Shown piece by piece: positions 39,163 to 49,394 of a stretch of DNA of 64,000 nt. Position 1 is the stretch's first letter. Each line of letters opens with the position of its first letter. The position numbers were made by a program, and so were the translations under genes. Origin of the DNA: Minisyncoccota bacterium (GTDB taxonomy: Bacteria; Patescibacteriota; Minisyncoccia; Phycocordibacterales; JAGLOS01); NCBI GenBank assembly GCA_023137615.1, contig JAGLOS010000001.1, positions 1,067 through 65,066 of the forward strand, written 5' to 3'. The notes beneath the pieces are model-generated. The model did no database searches. It had not been told where the DNA came from and worked only from the letters and a program-made list of their open reading frames with translations.

Positions 39163-39957
39163 ATGAAAAATAAAAAAACATTTTCTTTACTAGCTGTTGT
39201 TTCGCTTGGAACTATCGCAACTGTAGCATTTGCAACAGGAGGATATATTCCTCAAAATCCGGTAATAATTACCATAGGAGGAGGGCATACAAACGGGATT
39301 TCTCCAGCAAACACTCCCTTTTCATCTCCAGATCATTCCGCAGCTCTTTATGGTTCTTCTTACGAAGCCCTTGGAGATACATTGGAACAAGTATATGGAG
39401 AAGTTGCTGTAGTAAATACTGCTCAAGCAGCTTCAATGTCTTATCCTGTATTTATTCCAGATGAATCCGGAGCTCTACAACCTACTGGCTGGAAAGGTGC
39501 TCAGTGGCAATTTGAAGAAGGACTTTCACAAAGTGGTTGGTCAGACGGTCTTCATGTTACAGGTCTCTATGTTGCTTTTTTTGGTGATTGCGGTATGTCA
39601 CCATGCACTCCAGAAGCACTTGTACAATACCACTCAACAATGACCGGTGTTGTACAACAAGCACAAGCTATGGGTATTTCAGTTTTGGTGGAAGAATATC
39701 CAGATTATGAAGATATTGATTTTAATCTTCTTAGTGAATTTGCTTTTGGTGGACACGGATATATTGTTCCGGAAGAAGACTACAACCAACTTAAAAATAG
39801 CTGGAAAAATCTATGGGATAATATGGGGGTGCCAACCGTTCATGTTTGGGAAGATTTTGAAACTATAGACGGTTTTCATCCTACACACAAATCAAGCTTG
39901 AAGGGCGCTCGACGTGTTGAGAATGCTTTTAAGAAAAACTATAGCATAGGGTTGTAG
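39163..39957 (+). CDS. hypothetical secreted protein
   Basis: 264 aa. Signal peptide (LLAVVSLGTIATVAFA). No confident domain; GGGHTNG is only vaguely hydrolase-like. Confidence 0.5.
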   Translation: MKNKKTFSLLAVVSLGTIATVAFATGGYIPQNPVIITIGGGHTNGISPANTPFSSPDHSAALYGSSYEALGDTLEQVYGEVAVVNTAQAASMSYPVFIPDESGALQPTGWKGAQWQFEEGLSQSGWSDGLHVTGLYVAFFGDCGMSPCTPEALVQYHSTMTGVVQQAQAMGISVLVEEYPDYEDIDFNLLSEFAFGGHGYIVPEEDYNQLKNSWKNLWDNMGVPTVHVWEDFETIDGFHPTHKSSLKGARRVENAFKKNYSIGL

Positions 39958-39982
39958 TATTAAAGTATTAACTTTATTTTCT

Positions 39983-40018
39983 AAAAAAAACGGCTCCCAT
40001 TAATGGGAGCCGTTTTTG
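39983..40018 (+). terminator. rho-independent terminator
   Basis: aaaaaaaacggctcccattaatgggagccgtttttg. Confidence 0.65.
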
Positions 40019-40764
40019 ATTGTTAACGAGTTTTATTAAACAACTTACCCAGCAGGCAAGAGCTTTCGTAGACTTTTGTAAATAGGGACAAAAACAATTG
40101 CAATAACAAACCTTCTGGTTCCGATAAATGAATTGATAACATGGGGAAAAACGGACTTGTCCCCATTTAACCATTTAATATTTAATCCAAAAGTAATTAA
40201 TAAGTAACATTATGAGGTTGATAATTATTAGAAATGAAAAGACAGTTGAAAATGTGAACAAAATTTTTCAAAGTCAAACAAATGGCAGATTGTCAAAAAA
40301 GGGGGCTTTGGTCAAGAGAATTATGTCTCAAAGAAGATCTAGAGCAAAAGATAGTAATACTTGGTGAAACCGAAGCTTCAAATTTGATTGACGTACTGCT
40401 TCGAAACATTCATTATATATTTTTATGGTATCTGATTTGTCAATATATTGTGTTGCGGTTGATAAGAGATGAGTATGCTCACATAAGTTTACACAAAAAA
40501 CCTTAATACCAGAATCTGATCTCAATAAACTACAAACCCTATCACCCCGTTCAATTGAATCTTTTGCTCAAAATCTGCTCAAACTTCGTTCAGGAAACTC
40601 CGCAAATTGAAACTCCCTACACCATAGACACAACTCAGGTTTCTTTTTTTTGTTTAAAAGACAGCGCTTGTGTTTATTCGAATAATATGATAGACAGAGG
40701 GTTAAATTCCGTTTCTTAAAAAACGAGAAACGGATATAGTCCTTTAAAATCAAGGGTGATTTAA

Positions 40765-40944
40765 ATGGAAAAACTAGACAAAGTTGTTGATGATATCGGT
40801 ATTGAAGAAGCTGCGGCGCAAATAGACGCATTCTTCGTTCACCGAGATACACAACAAAAAGAAAGAGCACTACAGCAACACGAGAAGACACTAGCCGAAC
40901 AAAAAGAGTTGAGGAGTAGATGGAAAAACCATCGAAACACATAA
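40765..40944 (+). CDS. possible small protein (59 aa)
   Basis: ATG preceded by aagggtga spacer. Helical and charged. Not in the supplied track because it is under 60 aa. Sits in a 1.2-kb otherwise non-coding AT-rich stretch. Confidence 0.25.
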   Translation: MEKLDKVVDDIGIEEAAAQIDAFFVHRDTQQKERALQQHEKTLAEQKELRSRWKNHRNT

Positions 40945-41178
40945 AGTAAAATATGGGCGGACAATCAAATGTCTCGCCCTATTTTTTTAATATTACTGAA
41001 TAGTAAAAATAGTATTGTGTAAGAGTTGCGAGCAAACTGCTATTTTTACATCATAGAGAAAAAGACAATCCTACAGACAAGACACCTCATAATAACTTCC
41101 ATTTTGCTTGTCTCAAAAAACTATGTTATTATTTTGTATGATAAAGTATGATGAATTTCTAATCCCCTTTTTATAACC

Positions 41179-41979
41179 ATGAACCGCGCCAGAATTACAA
41201 TCACCTTAAAAAAAGAATTGCTTAAACACGTTGATGGACTCATCGACGGAACCAAAATAAAAAATCGCTCCCACGCTATTGAGTCTTTGCTGTCCAAGAA
41301 TTTTGCCGAACGAAAAATAAAAAAGGCGGTTATTTTAGCTGGCGGGAAAGGAGCAAAATTTGAAGGAGAAACAAAAAACGTTTCTCGAGTTTTAACCCCT
41401 TATAAAAACAAACTTTTTATTGAACATATCTTTGACCGACTGGAGAAAGAAGGGATTGAAGAAGTCATTGTTTCCGCCGGCAGTCTGGGAAAAGAGATCA
41501 AGGAAAAGATCGGCAATGGGACTAAATATGGTTTAGCGGTTTCTTATTTAGCAAAAGACGCAGGCACGGCAAGCGTTTTAAAATACCTGGCCAGTATAAT
41601 TGACGAAACATTTTTAATGATCAACGGTAACGTTTTAGCTGACGTCGATTTGAATGAAATGTTTAACTTTCATAAAAAGACTGGCGGGGTTTGCACTATC
41701 GGTATGATCTCCATCAAAGAACCCTCCGCCTTTGGAACAATTAAACTAAAAGGAAATCAAATTATTGACTTTATTGAAAAACCAAAAGCGGGAAAAGAGG
41801 AATCTTACTTAATTAACGCCGGAATTTACATTATGGAACCGGAAATTTGCCAGATCACCACTGCAAATTGTCTGAGTTTGGAAAAAGACCTCTTTCCTTC
41901 TCTGGCAAAAAAAGATAACCTTTTCGGATATTATTTGCAGGGAAAATGGTTTCACTTAGACAGTCTTAATAAATTTTAA
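41179..41979 (+). CDS. ribbon-helix-helix (CopG/Arc-like) domain fused to sugar-phosphate nucleotidyltransferase
   Basis: 266 aa. Residues about 5-45 (RITITLKKELLKHVDGLIDGTKIKNRSHAIESLL) match the RHH beta-alpha-alpha pattern. The rest is an NTP_transferase fold (AVILAGGKGAKF) with a divergent G-loop lacking the usual Arg. Confidence 0.65.
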   Translation: MNRARITITLKKELLKHVDGLIDGTKIKNRSHAIESLLSKNFAERKIKKAVILAGGKGAKFEGETKNVSRVLTPYKNKLFIEHIFDRLEKEGIEEVIVSAGSLGKEIKEKIGNGTKYGLAVSYLAKDAGTASVLKYLASIIDETFLMINGNVLADVDLNEMFNFHKKTGGVCTIGMISIKEPSAFGTIKLKGNQIIDFIEKPKAGKEESYLINAGIYIMEPEICQITTANCLSLEKDLFPSLAKKDNLFGYYLQGKWFHLDSLNKF

Positions 41980-41991
41980 CTTTACGCTTGG

Positions 41992-43077
41992 ATGAAATTC
42001 CTAATTATGGCAGGTGGTAAAGGAACACGGCTTTGGCCGGTTTCCAGAACCAAAAAACCGAAACAATTCCAAAAGTTGATCAGCGACAAAACTATGTTGC
42101 AAGAAACCGTCAATCGTCTATTGCCTGATTTTTCTTTGAAAGATATCTATATCGCCACCAATGGATCTTATGCCAAAGAGGTTAAAAAAGAGCTGCCCAA
42201 ATTGCCGGCAGGCAATATCATCAAGGAGCCGTCATTTAGAGAAAGAGCTTCTTGCGTCGCTTTGGCGGCAGCCATTTTTAGCAAAGATGATCCTAATGAG
42301 ACAATGGTTGTTTTTCCTTCCGATCATTTTATTAAAGACAAGAAAAAGCTTCAGCATATTTTAATTGAAGGAGAAAAATTTCTCAATGAAAATCCTGACC
42401 ACTTAATTACTGTCGGGGTTAAACCAACAGGCCCTGAGACTGGTTACGGCTACATTCAACATCAAATAGACCCTTTTAAAAGCACAAATCCAAAAAACGA
42501 TCTGGATTTTTTTCAAGTTAAAAAGTTTATTGAAAAACCGGATCTAAAAACAGCTAAAAAATATTGTGGGCAAGAAAATTTTTTGTGGAATACCAGTATC
42601 TATTTATGGAAAACTTCGGCGATCATTGATAGATTCAAGAAATTTATTCCCGATACTTATGAGCGCCTCTGCAGAATTAAAAAAACGGTCGGTACTCCCC
42701 TCTTTCAAAAAATGCTCAGCGAAGAATATCCTTTAATGGATATGGTCTCCATGGAATATGGAATATTGGAAAATGACACCAAAACAGTCGCTATCTCAAC
42801 AGATCTGGAGTGGTCCGATATTGGCAGTTGGTCAGTATTGAAAGACTCTTTAAACAATTCAGGACATGAGCATCTTGTCAAAGGCGAACATTTGGATATC
42901 GGTTCTAAAAATTTACTTGTTTACGGTTCAAAAAAATTAATCGCCACTGTCGGACTAAAAGATCTGATCATTATTGATACCGATGATGTCATCTTGGTTT
43001 GCGGCAAAGATGACAGTCAACTTGTTAAAGTTATTGTAGATAAACTGGAAAAAAATAAAAATATAAAATTATTGTAA
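41992..43077 (+). CDS. manC: mannose-1-phosphate guanylyltransferase
   Basis: 361 aa. LIMAGGKGTRLWPVSR G-loop. ManC-type architecture without a PMI domain. Confidence 0.8.
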   Translation: MKFLIMAGGKGTRLWPVSRTKKPKQFQKLISDKTMLQETVNRLLPDFSLKDIYIATNGSYAKEVKKELPKLPAGNIIKEPSFRERASCVALAAAIFSKDDPNETMVVFPSDHFIKDKKKLQHILIEGEKFLNENPDHLITVGVKPTGPETGYGYIQHQIDPFKSTNPKNDLDFFQVKKFIEKPDLKTAKKYCGQENFLWNTSIYLWKTSAIIDRFKKFIPDTYERLCRIKKTVGTPLFQKMLSEEYPLMDMVSMEYGILENDTKTVAISTDLEWSDIGSWSVLKDSLNNSGHEHLVKGEHLDIGSKNLLVYGSKKLIATVGLKDLIIIDTDDVILVCGKDDSQLVKVIVDKLEKNKNIKLL

Positions 43078-43103
43078 TTTAATAATCTATCATTGAGACA
43101 ATT

Positions 43104-44015
43104 ATGAAATATTTAGTTACGGGCGGAGCCGGATTTATCGGTTCAAATATGGTTCACGATTTGGTTGGCGAGGGGCACGAAATTATTGTAGTTGATAATC
43201 TCTCAACCGGAAGCTTGGGAAATCTTGCGGAAGTAAAAAATAAAATAAAATTTATTGAAGCGCCGTGCATGGATGTTTTGGAGTTGGATGAACTTGATGG
43301 TCTGGATGGAATTTATCATTATGGTATCCCTTCCACAACAAAACTCTACCACGATAACCGTCTGCTAATCGGCGAAGCAATTAATGAATTCACTAAAATT
43401 TTAGAACTAACAAAAAGGGAAAATTGTAAATTGATCTATGCTTCATCTTCCTCTGTTTATAACGGCAATAAATCACCGTTTAAAGAAAATATGCCAGTGT
43501 TAGTCAAAGACTTCTATACCGAAGCTCGCTATCTGATGGAGCGGATGGCAAAACTTTATTATGATCTTTATAAAGTCAGATCTATCGGCTTTAGATTTTT
43601 CAGTGTTTATGGACCACGTGAAGAAGCTAAAAAAACATTTGCCAATTTGGTTTCACAATTTTTGTGGGATCTAAAAGCAGAAAAACAGCCGCTTATTTAC
43701 GGCGACGGTTCGCAAACCCGCGATTTCACTTATGTAGATGACATCAATCGAGGTTTTAGATTGGGAATGAGATCTGAATATGATCTTGATATTTTTAATC
43801 TCGGCACGGGAAAATGTTACAGCTTAAATGAATTGGTCAACACACTCAACAAAATTCTCGGCACAGACATTGAACCAACTTATCAAAAAAATCTTCTCCA
43901 AAATTACGTCCAAGGAACATTGGCTGACACTTCCAAAGCAAAAGAAAAACTTTGTTTCAAAACAGAGGTTTCTCTTAAAAAAGGAATCGAAAAAGTCCTT
44001 AATTGTTCTGAATGA
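43104..44015 (+). CDS. NAD-dependent sugar-nucleotide epimerase/dehydratase (SDR)
   Basis: 303 aa. VTGGAGFIGSN Rossmann motif and YASSSSVYN...K catalytic region. Confidence 0.85.
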   Translation: MKYLVTGGAGFIGSNMVHDLVGEGHEIIVVDNLSTGSLGNLAEVKNKIKFIEAPCMDVLELDELDGLDGIYHYGIPSTTKLYHDNRLLIGEAINEFTKILELTKRENCKLIYASSSSVYNGNKSPFKENMPVLVKDFYTEARYLMERMAKLYYDLYKVRSIGFRFFSVYGPREEAKKTFANLVSQFLWDLKAEKQPLIYGDGSQTRDFTYVDDINRGFRLGMRSEYDLDIFNLGTGKCYSLNELVNTLNKILGTDIEPTYQKNLLQNYVQGTLADTSKAKEKLCFKTEVSLKKGIEKVLNCSE

Positions 44016-44061
44016 TCCGTCTCTTTTTTTTGTAATACGTTTTTCTAACTAAAATTCATAT

Positions 44062-45306
44062 CTACACCAACACCCCATATAACACATCGTTGCTCTTAAC
44101 ATGTTTATAGTGTATATCGAGTTTGTTCATGCGAGTTAGAAGTGGCTGTAGATCGCTTTTTTTAGAAAGCTCGATACCCACGAGCGCGGGACCTTTTTCT
44201 TTGTTCGTTTTTTTGATGTACTCGAAGCGTACAATATCATCTGTGGAACCAAGGGCTTTGTTTAGAAATGTTTTTAATTCGCCCGGTTTTTGGAAAAATT
44301 CGACAATAAAATAATGCTTGAGCCCTTGATACACTAAACTTTTTTCAACGATCTCAGGATATCGAGAAATATCATTATTCCCTCCCGAAAGCACACACAC
44401 CACCATCTTCCCTTTAATGAGATCTTTATACCACTCGAGCGCCGTGATCGAAAGAGCTCCCGCCGGCTCTGCAATAATACCGTCCTTTTGATATAACTCG
44501 ATCATCGTCATACACACTTGTCCTTCCGGTACTGTCACAATATCATCAAGTACCTGCTTTGCAATTTTGAATGTCTTCGCGCCCACCTTTCTCACCGCCG
44601 CCCCATCAACGAACGTATCAAGTTTTTCAAGCTCGGTTACTTTACCTTTATTCAAAGAACACACCATACCGGCCGCCCCCTCCGGCTCCACACCCAACAT
44701 TTTTGTCGAGGGACTCTCCGACTTAAAATAGGTTCCCACACCTGAAACAAGTCCGCCGCCGCCAATTGGCAACACCACATATTCAACCTTGGGCAACTCT
44801 TCCAATATTTCTATCCCGATCGTACCTTGTCCAGCCATTGTACGATAATCATCGAATGGATGTACATACACTGCTTTTTTCTTTTTGGCATATGTAAGTG
44901 CCTCTATATTACTCTCATCGAAAGTCTTGCCAACAAGCATGATCTTTACATATCCACCACCAAAACTTTGGACTTTGTCGACCTTCTGTCTCGGCGTTGT
45001 CTCCGGCATAAAAACTACGCCTTTTATCTTTAATTTGCAGCAACTAAAAGCTACCCCTTGTCCGTGATTCCCCGCGCTTGCGCAAACTACGCCGCGTTTA
45101 CATTCCTCTTTGCCTAGAGAACTCAAAAAATTATACGCACCGCGTATCTTGTATGATCGCACCGGCTGTAAATCTTCACGTTTGATATATATATTTGCTT
45201 TGTACTGTTTTGAAAGTCGCTGTGAATATTCAAGTGGCGTACGCTTCACAACTCCTTCAATCCTCTCTTTTGCATGAAGTATGTCTTTCGTTTTTAAAGG
45301 GTTCAT
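44062..45306 (-). CDS. ilvA: threonine ammonia-lyase (threonine dehydratase) with C-terminal regulatory domain
   Basis: 414 aa. PLP-fold type II (KREDLQPVRSYKIRGA) and about 90-aa ACT-like C-terminus. Confidence 0.8.
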   Translation of the reverse strand: MNPLKTKDILHAKERIEGVVKRTPLEYSQRLSKQYKANIYIKREDLQPVRSYKIRGAYNFLSSLGKEECKRGVVCASAGNHGQGVAFSCCKLKIKGVVFMPETTPRQKVDKVQSFGGGYVKIMLVGKTFDESNIEALTYAKKKKAVYVHPFDDYRTMAGQGTIGIEILEELPKVEYVVLPIGGGGLVSGVGTYFKSESPSTKMLGVEPEGAAGMVCSLNKGKVTELEKLDTFVDGAAVRKVGAKTFKIAKQVLDDIVTVPEGQVCMTMIELYQKDGIIAEPAGALSITALEWYKDLIKGKMVVCVLSGGNNDISRYPEIVEKSLVYQGLKHYFIVEFFQKPGELKTFLNKALGSTDDIVRFEYIKKTNKEKGPALVGIELSKKSDLQPLLTRMNKLDIHYKHVKSNDVLYGVLV

Positions 45307-45339
45307 AGTTATTGGTTATTATCTTATAAAGGTTAAGTT

Positions 45340-45726
45340 TTAGGAAATATGTGCAATACACGAAATTTCGATCAAAGCACCCTTGGGAAGTGCCGACACT
45401 TCGATCGTTTGTCGTACCGGTTTTACCTCCGCTTCACCAAGCCATGTCTCATAAATTTTATTTACCAAACTGAATTGACCGATGTTTGTCATAAAAATAT
45501 CAACTCGAACAACATCATCCACTGTCACGCCTGCGACCTCAAGTACTTGTGAGAGATTTTCAAACACCTGTTTCACCTCTTCTTCAAGTGATCCATTATT
45601 AAGTTCCCCTGTTTTTGGGTCAAGCGCGATCTGCCCGGAGAGATATAGTACATCCTCTACTTTTACCGCCTGCGAGTACGGCCCTACCGGCTCCGGCGCG
45701 TTTTTTGTATAAATTTCTTCTTTCAT
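45340..45726 (-). CDS. ridA: RidA/YjgF-family reactive enamine/imine deaminase
   Basis: 128 aa. APEPVGPYSQAV and YjgF signature. Immediately upstream of ilvA. Confidence 0.85.
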   Translation of the reverse strand: MKEEIYTKNAPEPVGPYSQAVKVEDVLYLSGQIALDPKTGELNNGSLEEEVKQVFENLSQVLEVAGVTVDDVVRVDIFMTNIGQFSLVNKIYETWLGEAEVKPVRQTIEVSALPKGALIEISCIAHIS

Positions 45727-46002
45727 GTTATTTAATATTAATTATTAATAACGTACGTCAAACAAAAACCCGGCTGTTAGCCGAGTTATTTGAACGTCTC
45801 ATTTTTGCAACACTCAATCATACCCGGCACCTTCCAAGTCCCATAATAATAGTAATGATAATGTTGTTGCCCTGTAATTTCATATTACTTTTTGATAATA
45901 CTCTTATTACACTTAACGTGCAAGAGTAAAATTTTGTACACTTTTAGCGTGTATATTACCGAAAGAGATGTTAAAATATAAACACTCAACTATATATATT
46001 CC

Positions 46003-47784
46003 ATGAGCTTCTTAAAACAAACACAGGAAAAAGGTAGCGCGATCATTCTTGTCGTCGTACTGGTTCTTTCGATCTCTACCATTATGGTTGTTAATGTGGG
46101 TAACAGCACTGCAACAGAAACACGTATCGTGCGTGAAGTTATAAACTCTCGCGCAAGTTATTATTTGGCAGAGAGCGGTATTGAGGATATTTTTATCCAG
46201 ATCAAAAATGGCATATCAGTATCTGATGGAACCCATAGCACCCTTCTTAACGGCACAACAGCAGAAACAACCGTTACCTCAGCAGGAAACAACAAAACAC
46301 TCACTTCGGAAGGCGTGACTGATGATCTTTACAGGAAAGCAACCCTCAGTATCGACACCTCCGTCAGTAGTGGAGCAACGATCGCCTATTCTTTAGCGTC
46401 ACAGAACGGAAGTATGTCTGTGGGTACGGGAGGAGACATTACCGGAGATATTTACACAAAAGATGATCTTGTCTTCTCGACCGATGTCACTATAAATGGA
46501 GACGTGTTTACTGAAGGCGCCTTTTCCGGCGGATGTAGTTCTGATGTTTTTGGGAATGTGCATGCGATCGGCGATGCCGGTTTTTCAACAGCAACGACCG
46601 TGCATGGCGACATGCATACCGGCGGAAAAATGACTCTGGGGACAGGAGGACAAATAAACGGCGATGTGTATGCTCAATCTCTTTCTGATCTTAGCACTGC
46701 TGCAGATGTAACAGGTAACATTTATGTACAAACAGGCGGTTTAACTCTCGGCAGCGGTACTGTTGTACAACAAGGTATTTATGTAGGAGGCGATACTATC
46801 TTAAATACTGATGTACAGATAGGAACTGAAATATACGCAGACGGTACTCTCACTACAGGAACAGGAGCAAAGATAACAGGTGATATATACGCAACACAAG
46901 ACATTGTTATCGGAACAGGTAATGATATATCAGGCACAATAAAAGGAGAAACGACACTCGACATAGGGACTGGGAGTATAATAAATGGTGACGTACATAT
47001 AAACGGAAATATCTCGCTTGGCACATCAGCAATTATAGATGGCGATGTTTATACCGACGGAACTATAACAATAGGGCTTGGTAGCAACATTACCGGTAAC
47101 ACATATCCTGCAGGATCCATTACCCCGCCGATCACATCTATCCCGGCACCGGAAACTACTTTTAGTGTTCCGGCTGACCCTTTTGCAAGTGAGATCGCAA
47201 CATGGAAATCAGAAGCGGAAGCCGGCGGAATAGCAACGTGTAGTTTTGGAAAATACCAAATTGATCTATTCTCGGGTCCACAAACCATTGGTCCGCTTAA
47301 GATTCCTTGCGATCTTGAAGTATTCGGATCATCCAACGATCTTACTCTCAAGGGTCCTGTTTGGGTTACGGGAGAGGTCGATCTCGAAACTTCTGTAAAA
47401 ACACATATTTCACCGTCTCTTGGCAACAAAAGCGCCCCGATCATAAGTGGCGGACAAATTAAAGTCGGCACCGGGGCAAACTTTACCGGCTCAGGTGATT
47501 CAAGTTCTTTTGTTATTCTCGCGACAGAATCTGGCGGCGCGTCGCCAGCAGACATTTCCCTTCTTACTTCCGTTACAGGTGATGTAATCCTTTATGCGCC
47601 AAATGGGAAAATACAAGCCGGCACCGGTTTAGATATTCATGGAACAACATATGGCAATACCGACATCGTCGCAGGGACAGCTGCTATCATCAAGGCAATA
47701 CCGGCAGACTTGCAAAATATAATAACAACGACAACGGGTGGAGGTACCACTATCGTTTCTCAAACGTGGAAAGAGACTGAGTAA
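46003..47784 (+). CDS. PilX-N-like pilus-associated protein with long beta-helical G-D-[IV]-Y repeat region
   Basis: 593 aa. N-terminal EKGSAIILVVVLVLSISTIM (PilX N-terminal type). About 20 tandem degenerate repeats of ..GTG..ITGDIY.. suggest a parallel beta-helix. Confidence 0.55.
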   Translation: MSFLKQTQEKGSAIILVVVLVLSISTIMVVNVGNSTATETRIVREVINSRASYYLAESGIEDIFIQIKNGISVSDGTHSTLLNGTTAETTVTSAGNNKTLTSEGVTDDLYRKATLSIDTSVSSGATIAYSLASQNGSMSVGTGGDITGDIYTKDDLVFSTDVTINGDVFTEGAFSGGCSSDVFGNVHAIGDAGFSTATTVHGDMHTGGKMTLGTGGQINGDVYAQSLSDLSTAADVTGNIYVQTGGLTLGSGTVVQQGIYVGGDTILNTDVQIGTEIYADGTLTTGTGAKITGDIYATQDIVIGTGNDISGTIKGETTLDIGTGSIINGDVHINGNISLGTSAIIDGDVYTDGTITIGLGSNITGNTYPAGSITPPITSIPAPETTFSVPADPFASEIATWKSEAEAGGIATCSFGKYQIDLFSGPQTIGPLKIPCDLEVFGSSNDLTLKGPVWVTGEVDLETSVKTHISPSLGNKSAPIISGGQIKVGTGANFTGSGDSSSFVILATESGGASPADISLLTSVTGDVILYAPNGKIQAGTGLDIHGTTYGNTDIVAGTAAIIKAIPADLQNIITTTTGGGTTIVSQTWKETE

Positions 47785-47801
47785 TATATTACATTTGCCA
47801 T

Positions 47802-48275
47802 ATGAACACTCTTACATCTCATATCTCATATAAAAAAGGTTTTACGTTGGTTGAGCTTCTTGTTACTATCACCATTGTTCTTGTTCTTTTAGCTATTTCC
47901 GTATCAGCATTCATAAACACGCGCGAAGTGCGAGCCCTTGAAAAAGAAGTTGATACTGTCGCTCATTTACTCGAAGAAACTCGCTCTCTCACTCTTGCAT
48001 CCAAAAACGATACCTACTATGGTGTCAATATCGATACGACAAATAATACTGTCACAATTATCATCGCGGGAGATACAAACAATATCTATAGAGAAGTAGT
48101 ATTGGATAACTACGTAACAATATCTGAGATCAATAGCGCTTCGCCCACCACAAATTTCGAGCGTCTCACTGGAAAAGTAAGCGTCTCCGGTGATATTATT
48201 ATCAGTCTTACATCCGACCCAACACAAACAAAAACTATTATTCTTCATCCAACGGGACTTGTTGATGTACAATAA
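47802..48275 (+). CDS. prepilin-type N-terminal cleavage/methylation domain protein (pilin/pseudopilin)
   Basis: 157 aa. KGFTLVELLVTITIVLVLL class III signal. Confidence 0.7.
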   Translation: MNTLTSHISYKKGFTLVELLVTITIVLVLLAISVSAFINTREVRALEKEVDTVAHLLEETRSLTLASKNDTYYGVNIDTTNNTVTIIIAGDTNNIYREVVLDNYVTISEINSASPTTNFERLTGKVSVSGDIIISLTSDPTQTKTIILHPTGLVDVQ

Positions 48276-48286
48276 AAAAACAATGT

Positions 48287-48802
48287 ATGAAATATAAAAA
48301 TACTCAACAAGGTTTTTCGATCGTAGAGGCAATGGTAGGAATTTCTGTCTTGGCATTTTTCCTCATTACTATTATCGGATCTTTTATTCTTTTTATAAAG
48401 ACAACCGCAGATAATACGCAACGAATACAGGCAGTGTATCTTTTGGAAGAAGGCATGGAGAGTATCCGCTTTGAGCGTGATGAAAATTGGAATAATATTA
48501 GCTTACTCAATACTGCGAATACCTACGTCCTTAATATCACTTCAAGCAACATAACACTACCCATACAAGGCGGTGTGAATACGGGAGAAATAATACTTGA
48601 TGATACGGTCTTTACCAGAAAATTCACAGTAGAGGATGTATGCCGTCACAATGGAACCAATGAGATCATGGATGTATGCTCCTTCCCAACCTATACTGAT
48701 TCGAACATACGAAGAATACATATGAGTGTTGAATGGACACCCAGAGATGGCATCGGAGTATATACACAGACACTTGAAGGATACATTGCAAATATTTTTT
48801 AA
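48287..48802 (+). CDS. prepilin-type minor pilin
   Basis: 171 aa. QQGFSIVEAMVGISVLAFFL N-terminal pilin signal. Confidence 0.65.
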   Translation: MKYKNTQQGFSIVEAMVGISVLAFFLITIIGSFILFIKTTADNTQRIQAVYLLEEGMESIRFERDENWNNISLLNTANTYVLNITSSNITLPIQGGVNTGEIILDDTVFTRKFTVEDVCRHNGTNEIMDVCSFPTYTDSNIRRIHMSVEWTPRDGIGVYTQTLEGYIANIF

Positions 48803-48808
48803 AAAATC

Positions 48809-49306
48809 ATGACTTCTAGAAAAAACACAAAACAACGCGGCATGACATTGGTTGAAGTTATCACCTACTCCGCCCTTTTGATCATTATCACATCTGCAGT
48901 GGTGGGTATTGTACTCAACTTTGCGTCGGTATATGAATCAATACACGCATCAAATAAACTCCGAACATCGGCAGTGAGTGCGGCGGACCGTATTGTTTTT
49001 GAAATACGCAATGCACAGGATATTACTTCGGTAAGTAGTAACGATATTACTCTCACCAATATTTCCGGTGACACAATTGACTTTGCCCTCACCTCAGGCA
49101 AGATCACTATAGAAGAGAACGGCGGCGGCACACAAAACCTTACCGGGAGTGATGTCACCGCAACGACGCTCAATTTCGAACACCTTGGGTCCTCCGGCTC
49201 ATCAAACCAAGCGGTAACTGTTGTATTTACACTCGAAACCCCTTACAAAGACACCGTAAAACAAACATCGTTCCAAGACACAATTGTTCTAAGAGGCGCA
49301 TATTAA
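48809..49306 (+). CDS. prepilin-type minor pilin
   Basis: 165 aa. QRGMTLVEVITYSALLIIITSAV N-terminal pilin signal. Confidence 0.65.
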   Translation: MTSRKNTKQRGMTLVEVITYSALLIIITSAVVGIVLNFASVYESIHASNKLRTSAVSAADRIVFEIRNAQDITSVSSNDITLTNISGDTIDFALTSGKITIEENGGGTQNLTGSDVTATTLNFEHLGSSGSSNQAVTVVFTLETPYKDTVKQTSFQDTIVLRGAY

Positions 49307-49394
49307 AATTGTTTTGATACTCCTTTCCCCCAAAGACAAATTTCTTTCCCCAATAATTCTCTACTTCTTTCTGTATGTTTGATACAATACATAT

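Noticed and set aside
40568-40942. 124-aa minus-strand ORF
   Set aside because: Low-complexity Leu/Phe/Ser-rich sequence from AT-rich DNA with no start context. A 59-aa plus-strand ORF in the same place looks more protein-like.
46779-47555. Antisense ORFs within the PilX-like gene, and similar ones within polA, pilB, the HK gene and murD
   Set aside because: They lie fully inside well-supported genes on the opposite strand and lack motifs.
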